Assembly (NCBI GenBank): GCA_036381335.1
Contig: DASVCZ010000075.1
Location: forward strand, 1 to 14,469
Length of the DNA: 14,469 nucleotides
Reading direction: 5' to 3'
Source of the DNA: Patescibacteria group bacterium
GTDB lineage: Bacteria; Patescibacteriota; Microgenomatia; UBA1400; PJMF01
Under the pieces are notes generated by a model. It did not search any database, was not told the DNA's origin, and saw only the letters and a program-made list of their open reading frames with translations. Below, in pieces: positions 1 through 6,766 of this stretch (position 1 is the first letter of the stretch; each line of letters begins with the position of its first letter). A program made the position numbers and the translations under genes.

Positions 1-534
1 GGCTGGAAAGGCTTTAGTGGCGGTGAATTCATGCGAGAGTACGCTAAAGAAAAAGGATTATTTAAAGAAAATGCGGGGATTCATCATGACGCACGTCACT
101 ACGAAGACGACTTTGATCGCAAAATTGATTTCGGCATGCGAGAAAAATTGGAAACAGAAGAAAAATGGATTATTGAATCCTGGTTATCAGGATTTATGGC
201 TCAAGGGGTACCTGGGACCCTTAAGATCCTGATGGTTTGTTCCGATGATTCAGTTCGGGTAGACCGAATCGTCAATCGCGATAGCGTCAATGTCAAGGAA
301 GCCAAAGCCAACATGTTTGCTCGCTACCAGGCAAACTTAAGCAAGTGGTCCCGGATGTATAAAGATCAATGGCAGGAGTGGGTGGTCCAAACAGGCAAAG
401 TAAAAGCAGAAGCTGAAATTGATTTTTGGCGGCCAGACTTGTACGATGTAGTTATAGATACCTACTCGCATAACCAACAACAGTCGTTGGACCTTGTTTT
501 GAATGCCATCCAAAAAGAAACTGCCTCAAGCTAA
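1..534 (+). CDS. Cytidylate kinase-like family protein (archaeal-type CMP kinase-like fold, PF13189-like); 5' end lies outside the window
   Basis: Frame 1 is open from nt 1 (GWKGFSGGEFMREYAKEKGL...). Similarity by eye to archaeal/'cytidylate kinase 2' family: SGGEFMREYAKEKGL ~ SAGDIFREMAKERGL; KILMVCSDDSVRVDRIVNRD ~ KIWLTAPLEVRAKRIAKREG; C-terminal LYDVVIDTYSHNQ ~ IYDLVINTERFSPE. N-terminal P-loop would be upstream of the window. Confidence 0.5.
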   Translation, partial: GWKGFSGGEFMREYAKEKGLFKENAGIHHDARHYEDDFDRKIDFGMREKLETEEKWIIESWLSGFMAQGVPGTLKILMVCSDDSVRVDRIVNRDSVNVKEAKANMFARYQANLSKWSRMYKDQWQEWVVQTGKVKAEAEIDFWRPDLYDVVIDTYSHNQQQSLDLVLNAIQKETASS

Positions 535-1174
535 TCCGATACACTTTTCATTATTTGTGTTACTGGTCAGTCTAACCTTTATTTTGTGGGTGGTGTATCG
601 CTTTCGACTTCATTTTCCTATTTGGTTTGACGAGACGGTAGGGAAAGCCCTTTTTTTTGCGGCTCCCACGTGGGTGTTTATTAATGCTACCCGTGCCAAA
701 TCACTGCTAGAAAGCTGGCAGCTGAGCAAGCTCAAACCAGGTCTACTTCAAGGCATCGCTTTTGGCGGTATCTTTGGATTTGTAGCTAGTTTAACGACGC
801 TTTTTACGTCTTCCTCTAAAGTCGTAGCCGCCCCGTTATTTATATCGGACGTATTTTGGTGGGAATTTATGATGGCGCTGTTGACCGGGTTCTGGGAAAC
901 CTTATTCTTCTTTAGCTTTGTTTTAACGGTCTTGTTACAGATGTATAGTAAAGATACTCTCAAGGCTATTTTGTGGGCAGTCTTTATTTTTGTTGCTTTC
1001 CACGTACCCAATACGTTGCTTCGTTTTCAGTTAGCGGACGTGCCTTTACAAATAGTCCTGTTAGTATTATTTGCGGTGGGTCAATCATTGATCTATCTGT
1101 ATCGGAGAAATTCGTACACCCTAGTTATCAGTCATGCGGTATGGGGGATGGCTTTATTGGTCCATATGGGATAA
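503..1174 (+). CDS. CPBP/Abi-family (CAAX-protease-like) polytopic membrane protein, possibly catalytically degenerate
   Basis: ATG at 503 (MPSKKK, positive N-terminus then several hydrophobic helices). FxxxH motif (FVAFHVPN) and a His-containing third motif (SHAVWGM) are present. The EExxxR motif is degenerate (GFWETLFFF). Overlaps upstream gene by 32 nt. Confidence 0.5.
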   Translation: MPSKKKLPQANPIHFSLFVLLVSLTFILWVVYRFRLHFPIWFDETVGKALFFAAPTWVFINATRAKSLLESWQLSKLKPGLLQGIAFGGIFGFVASLTTLFTSSSKVVAAPLFISDVFWWEFMMALLTGFWETLFFFSFVLTVLLQMYSKDTLKAILWAVFIFVAFHVPNTLLRFQLADVPLQIVLLVLFAVGQSLIYLYRRNSYTLVISHAVWGMALLVHMG

Positions 1175-1178
1175 TTTC

Positions 1179-1208
1179 TTGACGAAAAGTACGTTATAGG
1201 CTATAGTT
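1179..1208 (+). promoter_or_regulatory. Candidate sigma70-type promoter: TTGACG (1179-1184), 18 nt spacer, TATAGT (1203-1208)
   Basis: Hexamers read directly from the sequence. Lies just upstream of the 1232 ORF. Would give a short, SD-less leader. Confidence 0.35.
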
Positions 1209-1231
1209 ACGCCTTGCTACACCTGCTACTT

Positions 1232-1774
1232 ATGTCATATACGCTTCGTTTTATTCTTTCTGCTGGCGCCCTCTTAGTAGGTTGCAGCATTTTAGGCATC
1301 TCCTTATTTTATGGCAGCGTGCAAAGTTTTTCGGCTTCTGGTAAAGTTGAGTCGTTCGAGAAAGAATTTTATTTTGATCAGGAAATGTTGCCCGATCACG
1401 TCCTTTATCCGATGCTGATGGTGGTAGACCGGGTGCGGTTAGAGTCGGCTCCAGAATTAGAACAGATTTATTTGCAAGCTGAGTATGCCAATCGACGATT
1501 GGAGTACACGGAAGAGCTGATAGCCAAAGAAAAGATTGAATTAGCGTATTCCACTTTAACAAAATCAGAAAAATACTTACTGCAAGCGGCTCAAAATACC
1601 GTTAATTCCCCCGAGAGAACGGATAATACAGTTTCTCATTTGATAAAGACGATTGAGTATCATCAAGCCAAGCATAAAGAACTGGCCCCTCACTTTAGTG
1701 ATCCTCAACGCGCGCAAATCGACGCCTTCCTCCAGCAAGCCCAAGTGGTGTTGGAGCAGTTAAAGAGTTTATAA
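1232..1774 (+). CDS. Membrane-anchored helical protein of unknown function (single N-terminal TM; resembles DUF5667-type proteins common in Patescibacteria)
   Basis: Track start at 1214 is TTG. First ATG in frame is 1232 (MSYTLRFILSAGALLVGCSILGISLFYG = TM/signal-anchor). Remainder is predicted helical (LYPMLMVVDRVRLE...YLQAEYANRRLEYTEELIAKEK). Stop TAA 1772-1774. Family assignment from memory only. Confidence 0.5.
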   Translation: MSYTLRFILSAGALLVGCSILGISLFYGSVQSFSASGKVESFEKEFYFDQEMLPDHVLYPMLMVVDRVRLESAPELEQIYLQAEYANRRLEYTEELIAKEKIELAYSTLTKSEKYLLQAAQNTVNSPERTDNTVSHLIKTIEYHQAKHKELAPHFSDPQRAQIDAFLQQAQVVLEQLKSL

Positions 1775-2053
1775 AAATTTCATTTGCTGACTCAATTTTA
1801 ACTGGCGAACCCTGGATAACGGTGTTAGGTAAATAGATTCCCAGTTGTAACTTCATAGTAACTAACAAAAAAGTAAAGTCGAGCGTGTCTTGAATCTATC
1901 CTGACTGCTGATATGTCTTGTGTGAAAAGGGTGATACTTTATGATTCTTTTTTTCCGCAAAATTCCCGTAACTAGCATTGATTGCTTTTGCACCATTTTG
2001 TTGCGTTGACAACTCTTCCTCAAATATGAGATTCTTAACATCCGTTAGGAACC

Positions 2054-2075
2054 ATACCACAACATCTTGTGGTAT
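2054..2075. promoter_or_regulatory. 22-bp perfect palindrome ATACCACAA-CATC-TTGTGGTAT; candidate NrdR box / operator for the nrdR-RNR operon
   Basis: Perfect 9-bp inverted arms with 4-bp spacer, verified base by base. Core ccACAAcatcTTGTgg has the length (16 bp) and ACA...TGT symmetry of published NrdR boxes. Sits 30 nt upstream of nrdR ATG (2105). Confidence 0.45.
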
Positions 2076-2104
2076 TTTTAACCCCTAACCCCAACATATT
2101 AGAT

Positions 2105-2557
2105 ATGCGATGCCCATATTGTGGAAAGACTGACTCATCCGTTATAGATTCGCGAGAAGCGGACGATACTACCTCAATTCGGCGTCGGCGCATGTGTAAT
2201 GCCTGTGACAAACGGTTCACCACCTACGAACGGGTGGAAGGCATCGAGTTAAAAGTTATTAAAAAAGACGGGACGCGTGAAGACTTTAGTCGGGATAAAT
2301 TGCGCCGCGGGGTGGTCAAGGCCACTTGGAAGCGCCCGGTCTCGATGTCAGACATTGATGATCTGCTGGACGATATTGAACGCAAGTTGCGTCAACGCCA
2401 GACGACTGAGGTCAAAAGCTGGGAAGTAGGTAATCTGGTCATCAACCGGTTGCGCAAAATTGACAAACTGTCATACCTTTTGTTTGCCAGCGTCTATCGG
2501 GATTTTGAGTCATTAGAAAATTTTGAAGAAGAGTTAGCCAAATTAAAAGCAGAGTAA
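2105..2557 (+). CDS. nrdR: Transcriptional repressor NrdR (zinc-ribbon + ATP-cone)
   Basis: Track ORF starts at GTG 2069. Canonical NrdR N-terminus MRCPYCGK...C..C (zinc ribbon CPYC...CNAC) begins at ATG 2105. ATP-cone-like remainder (VIKKDGTREDFSRDKLRRGV...). Stop TAA 2555-2557. Confidence 0.9.
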   Translation: MRCPYCGKTDSSVIDSREADDTTSIRRRRMCNACDKRFTTYERVEGIELKVIKKDGTREDFSRDKLRRGVVKATWKRPVSMSDIDDLLDDIERKLRQRQTTEVKSWEVGNLVINRLRKIDKLSYLLFASVYRDFESLENFEEELAKLKAE

Positions 2558-2575
2558 AAAGTAAAAGGAGTCTTT

Positions 2576-4789
2576 ATGTCACCAGCCGCTTCGTTGCCCA
2601 AAAAAAGAATGAGGTTTGCCAACCGCGCCTTAGATAGTGGGATGGGAAAGGCCGTCGCCCAACGCACCTATTTGCGGAAGATTACCGATCCAGAAACTGG
2701 TCGTGAGCGCTGGGAGACCTGGCAAGAAGTGGCAGAGCGGGTGGCCTTAGGTAACTCTTTGCTGATCAAAAACTTCAAAGGTGTTAAAAACGCTAAAAAA
2801 CACCAACAAGCTGAGTTCGAATTGCTCCAGAAGCATATTAATAACGGTTCGATGTTGATGTCCGGTCGGCACTTGCAACACGGTGACGCCACACAGCCTG
2901 GCCGCAACATGGAGGTTTTTACCAACTGTAGTACGGCTTCTTCGTCTTACATTTTGTTTTACCTGCTGATGAACGGTTCGGGGGTGGGTCGGGCGTATGA
3001 TGACGATATGTGTCTCGTCGATTGGGACAATATGCCTAATGTGCGCTGTGTTATTGACGACAGCCACGCCGATTACGACTGGGGCAAAGATGAAAGCGTC
3101 CGAGACGCCAAGCACAAGTACGGTGAGCAAAACGGCCGGGTGCACTGGTTTAAAGTCCCTGACAGCCGCGAGGGGTGGTCTCAAGCAGTAGAGATGCTGG
3201 AGATCATGGCGTATGAGAAAAAATTCAAAGATGATATTTTGATTTTAGATTTTTCGGAGGTGCGCCCGAAGGGCGCACCGATCAAAGGCATGCAGGACAG
3301 ACCTTCGTCTGGCCCTAAGCCATTGATGAATGCGATCGAGCGAGTCGCCACCATCAAAGGTGCTGGCATGTCCCCGTGGAAGCAAGCCATTTTCGTGGAT
3401 CACTACTTAGCCGAGTGTGTCTTGGTTGGAGGCGCGCGCCGGAGCGCGCGCATCGCCACCAAAAACTGGACCGATCCCGAAATCTTTGACTTCATTGATA
3501 TTAAGCGGGGTGGCTTCCTCTGGAGTGCTAATAACTCAGTGGCGGTAGATGAAAAATTCTGGAAGCAACGCAGCAACCATTCCAAGAAAGTCTTAGAAGC
3601 CATCATGAAAGCCAGTTATGAAGATGGGACGGGTGAACCGGGCTTTATCAATCAGCACCGTTTAGTTCAAAATGATGAAAATTACGAAGGCTATCAAGAC
3701 GGCAAGTACGCTGAAAGTGACAAGTATAAACCCATGAAGCGGACTGAAAAAATGTTGGCTCACTTGGCGCGCAACGCTGGGGCTAAGCCGTACAGCCAGA
3801 TTCCCAATCCCTGTGGTGAGATTTCGCTCAACATGTTGGGTGGCTACTGTGTCATCGGTGACGTGGTGCCTTACTTTGCTCCCACCCTCGACGACGCTGA
3901 GGAAGCCTTCCGGGCTATGGCGCGGGCGCTCATCCGGGTTAACTCGATGAACTCGCTCTATAACCGCGAGGTCAAACGGACCAACCGAATCGGGGTCGGC
4001 ATGACTGGTATTCATGAGTTCGCTTGGAATCAATTTGGGTACACCTTCCGCGACTTAATCAACGAAGAGAAATCCAAAGATTTCTGGTTGACTCTCAATC
4101 GTTTCAAGCGGGCGGTGGCCGATGAAGCCGAAAAATATTCTAAAGAATTGGGAGTAGCGGTACCTCACACCAACACTACCATTAAGCCTTCCGGTACGGT
4201 GTCCAAGCTCTTTGCCTTGACTGAAGGCGCTCACTTGCCCAGTATGCGCGAGTACCTGCGCTGGGTGCAGTATAGTAGCGACGATGCCCAGATCAAAAAA
4301 TACAAGGAAAAAGGCTACCCAGTTAAGCAGCTCAAGAGTTACAAAGGCACCACCGTCGTCGGTTTCCCAACTCAGCCGCTCATCTGCCGCTTGGGTATGA
4401 ATGGTCGCTTAGTTACCGCCGGTGAAGCTAAGCCAGAGGAACAGTATAAGTGGTTGATGCTGCTCGAGAAATACTGGATCGTCGGCGTCGACGACAATGG
4501 CCAGCCTTTGGAAGACACGGGTAACCAAGTCTCCTACACGCTCAAGTATGATCCGAAAAAAGTTTCTTACAAAGAGTATGCTGAGATGGTCCGCCAATAC
4601 CAAGGTTTGGTTAAGTGCTGCAGTGTCATGCCTCAGCAAGACACCACGGCCTATGAGTACCAACCTGAGCAACCGGTCACCATCAGTGAGTTCATGAAGG
4701 TCTTGAACGAAATCGAAAAAGACGAAGACTTGATCGAAGACATCGACTACGAATCACTCAAGTGTGCTTCCGGAGCTTGTCCGATCTAA
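2576..4789 (+). CDS. rtpR: Class II adenosylcobalamin-dependent ribonucleotide reductase, monomeric Lactobacillus leichmannii RTPR-like (ribonucleoside-triphosphate reductase)
   Basis: Strong SD aaaggag 5 nt before ATG 2576. 737 aa (RTPR is ~739 aa). N-terminal QRTYLRK...ERWETWQEVAERVALGN resembles RTPR KRTYARW...ENWDETVKRVVEGN. Active-site loop NPCGEISL conserved. C-terminus KCASGACPI matches the RTPR C-terminal redox cysteine pair (CEGGACPIK). No ATP-cone. Confidence 0.85.
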   Translation: MSPAASLPKKRMRFANRALDSGMGKAVAQRTYLRKITDPETGRERWETWQEVAERVALGNSLLIKNFKGVKNAKKHQQAEFELLQKHINNGSMLMSGRHLQHGDATQPGRNMEVFTNCSTASSSYILFYLLMNGSGVGRAYDDDMCLVDWDNMPNVRCVIDDSHADYDWGKDESVRDAKHKYGEQNGRVHWFKVPDSREGWSQAVEMLEIMAYEKKFKDDILILDFSEVRPKGAPIKGMQDRPSSGPKPLMNAIERVATIKGAGMSPWKQAIFVDHYLAECVLVGGARRSARIATKNWTDPEIFDFIDIKRGGFLWSANNSVAVDEKFWKQRSNHSKKVLEAIMKASYEDGTGEPGFINQHRLVQNDENYEGYQDGKYAESDKYKPMKRTEKMLAHLARNAGAKPYSQIPNPCGEISLNMLGGYCVIGDVVPYFAPTLDDAEEAFRAMARALIRVNSMNSLYNREVKRTNRIGVGMTGIHEFAWNQFGYTFRDLINEEKSKDFWLTLNRFKRAVADEAEKYSKELGVAVPHTNTTIKPSGTVSKLFALTEGAHLPSMREYLRWVQYSSDDAQIKKYKEKGYPVKQLKSYKGTTVVGFPTQPLICRLGMNGRLVTAGEAKPEEQYKWLMLLEKYWIVGVDDNGQPLEDTGNQVSYTLKYDPKKVSYKEYAEMVRQYQGLVKCCSVMPQQDTTAYEYQPEQPVTISEFMKVLNEIEKDEDLIEDIDYESLKCASGACPI

Positions 4790-4793
4790 ATCT

Positions 4794-5960
4794 ATGTCAC
4801 CACTTAACGGCGAGCGCCCTGACTTGCAACCCTTGTTTCAACGACAATTGGCAATTCATCAGGCGCTCCGCCGGTCTCAGATCGATACTTTCTTAACCAA
4901 TCCTGAGTCGCTCAAACTGCCAGCTCACATCAAGGTGGAAGCGGCTGCCAGTCCTAGACACCCAGAGAGCTCACAAGATGCCTTTCTCATCGATGCCGAG
5001 AGGAACATTTTTATGGTGGCAGATGGCATGGGCGGCCTGGCCGCCGGTGACGTAGCTAGCCGGGTAGCGGTAGCAACCTTTGAGGAGTTTTTTCAAAAAT
5101 TGGTTGATCAAGCCGAGGCTTATACCGAAGCAGATCTAGTAGCCACTTTTAAGGCTGCTGGTCAAGAAACAATCGCTCGTTTACAAGTGTACGCGGCGGA
5201 AGAGGGGCTAAAGGAACTAGGAACTACCCTGACTTTGGTCCATCTATTCAAAGACGGTGATGAAGCCAAATTATTTGAAGCGACGGTGGGAGACTCGAGT
5301 GCCTATTTAGTTACCGCGGGCGAATGTACCAAGCTGTCATTTAACCACATCTTGTGGACTCAATTTTCCCACTTTCGAGCTGATGGGAGCTTCAGTGATC
5401 CCGAGCTGGCGCTTTTGAGTCCTCGATTTTTTTCTCCCACCGAAATACATACATTAGTTAAAGCTCGTCATACTGGACGGTTGGAAGAAGTGATCCGCCA
5501 AGTAGTAGCGGCCTTGGATGAATGTGGGGACGAGAAGGAGTTAGCCCGTATGTTGTCGCCTGTACTGGCTGATGACACCCCCGAAATGACTGCCATCCAG
5601 AAATTTCTGTTGCTGGCTCTGCCAGGAGCATATAGAGCGGCTCACTTTGATCTGGAAGGCTACGCCATACTGCTTTTCTCAACCAGAAACAACGTTGATG
5701 CACTGGTGAACGATACCAACACCTTCAACTTCAGACACAGTCTCAGAACCTTGGATTCAACACGCTCACACGCGGTGACGTTGCTCACCGATGGAGGGAC
5801 CGATCCTTTGACAGCGTCTCTAGTAGGAGAAACTTTGACTTCAGACTCCAGTATTCTGGATCAAGTCAACGCCGTCAACACTCCGGACCAAGACGGCAAG
5901 TATCCTAAGCGAGCCAAGTTTGACGATGTGACGCGGGTCACGGTTGAAATAAAAACTTAA
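4794..5960 (+). CDS. PP2C-family (PPM) Ser/Thr protein phosphatase with N-terminal extension and large internal insertion
   Basis: Track start 4764 overlaps the RNR. In-frame ATG at 4794 is 5 nt after the RNR stop. PPM motifs in order: FMVADGMGGLAAGDVASRVA; GTTLTLV...ATVGDSSAYLV...LSFNH; VTLLTDGGTD; DDVTRVTVEI. About 145 aa lie between LSFNH and LLTDG, versus about 50 expected. Confidence 0.7.
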   Translation: MSPLNGERPDLQPLFQRQLAIHQALRRSQIDTFLTNPESLKLPAHIKVEAAASPRHPESSQDAFLIDAERNIFMVADGMGGLAAGDVASRVAVATFEEFFQKLVDQAEAYTEADLVATFKAAGQETIARLQVYAAEEGLKELGTTLTLVHLFKDGDEAKLFEATVGDSSAYLVTAGECTKLSFNHILWTQFSHFRADGSFSDPELALLSPRFFSPTEIHTLVKARHTGRLEEVIRQVVAALDECGDEKELARMLSPVLADDTPEMTAIQKFLLLALPGAYRAAHFDLEGYAILLFSTRNNVDALVNDTNTFNFRHSLRTLDSTRSHAVTLLTDGGTDPLTASLVGETLTSDSSILDQVNAVNTPDQDGKYPKRAKFDDVTRVTVEIKT

Positions 5961-6136
5961 TTATAGTCCCTTTTCCATGCTTTTTCTCTCAATTCATTAG
6001 CAACTTTAACTGCCGATTTAGTTTGATCATCGGTGAACGACATATATCCTTGCCTAAAAAATGCGAGGTCAGACAATTTCTTTTTAGGAACAGCTTTTGT
6101 TTTAATTGGAAAGTGTTTTTGGTTACTTTTAGTCAT
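5957..6136 (-). CDS. Small basic hypothetical protein (59 aa from ATG 6136; track ORF begins at TTG 6175)
   Basis: Only ORF in the 272-nt gap. No SD. Overlaps the PP2C stop by 4 nt (convergent). Lysine-rich (TKAVPKKKLSDLAFFRQGYMSF). Could be spurious. Confidence 0.2.
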   Translation of the reverse strand: MTKSNQKHFPIKTKAVPKKKLSDLAFFRQGYMSFTDDQTKSAVKVANELREKAWKRDYN

Positions 6137-6157
6137 ACTTGGATTGTGAGATTTATC

Positions 6158-6181
6158 TGACAAATTGTCAAACAATGACAG
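6158..6181. promoter_or_regulatory. Operator-like cluster of TGACA half-sites: TGACAA-a-TTGTCA (perfect 13-bp palindrome 6158-6170) followed by aacaa-TGACAG
   Basis: Read directly. Three TGACA/TGTCA half-sites in alternating orientation, located 52-75 nt upstream of the 6233 ATG and overlapping where a -35 would lie. Confidence 0.35.
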
Positions 6182-6215
6182 AAAGTAAAATTACTTGCTT
6201 TTCGGGAGAAAAGAG

Positions 6216-6221
6216 TATAAT
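6216..6221 (+). promoter_or_regulatory. -10 box TATAAT for the 6233 gene (leaderless or near-leaderless transcript)
   Basis: Perfect TATAAT ends 11 nt before ATG 6233. No SD. The same TATAAT-N10-13-ATG geometry recurs at 9389 and 9457. Confidence 0.4.
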
Positions 6222-6232
6222 ACGCACTAAAT

Positions 6233-6751
6233 ATGTCACATAAAGAAAAACGTCAGCCTAAAGTGGACTTAGAAGAAACCCAGCCGGTTGAAGTAGGAGC
6301 TCGTCAGCTGCTAGCAAGTTTGAAGTTCAGGTGGCAAACTTATAAGTGGATTTTGCCACCCAATGATTTTGAAGCTTTTATGCTCAGAGTTAGTGACTAT
6401 GAAGCACAAGCAGTAAGTCTGGAAAGAAGGCAATTAAACTCAGAAAAACTAGAAGCAGCACTATTAGCCGAACATCAACATTTAGAAAAACTCGTTCGGA
6501 CGATACGCCAAAATCATGCAGCCGCTACTAAGCGAAGGCATTTGGAAAGTATTTCAAAGACAAAAGAGTTACCGGTGTTAGATCTTTTAGAAGGTGAGAG
6601 ATACTCACCAACTGAAGAGGATATGATTAGTTTTGCTGAAAGCTATCAGGCAAATCCGTTGGTAAATAAAAGACGTGATCCGGAAGAGGAGTTTTGGGAT
6701 AGCAGTATGCACGACGAGCTCTTTGGAGATGATGGGGGCTACGGCCTTTAA
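6233..6751 (+). CDS. Hypothetical protein, 172 aa, charged/helical with acidic-aromatic C-terminal tail (EEEFWDSSMHDELFGDDGGYGL)
   Basis: ATG start. Clean ORF in the AT-rich part of the window. Convergent with tsaD (15 nt between stops). No recognisable motif. Confidence 0.55.
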   Translation: MSHKEKRQPKVDLEETQPVEVGARQLLASLKFRWQTYKWILPPNDFEAFMLRVSDYEAQAVSLERRQLNSEKLEAALLAEHQHLEKLVRTIRQNHAAATKRRHLESISKTKELPVLDLLEGERYSPTEEDMISFAESYQANPLVNKRRDPEEEFWDSSMHDELFGDDGGYGL

Positions 6752-6766
6752 AATGCTTCTCTCCTT

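Noticed and set aside
17-232. 71-aa ORF in frame 2 at the window start
   Set aside because: Overlaps the cytidylate-kinase-like ORF, which is open from nt 1 and has family similarity. The alternative frame has none.
1775-2104. Cobalamin riboswitch or tRNA in the 330-nt gap before nrdR
   Set aside because: No B12-box (GCCACTG). No tRNA-like GTTCGAATC/T-loop or acceptor pairing. The region is better explained as promoter plus operator.
2668-4033. Antisense ORFs inside the RNR gene (2668-2925, 2747-3184, 3181-3390, 3403-3606, 3662-4033 on the minus strand)
   Set aside because: They lie wholly inside a gene with very strong homology support on the opposite strand. They have no motifs and are GC-rich codon-shadow ORFs.
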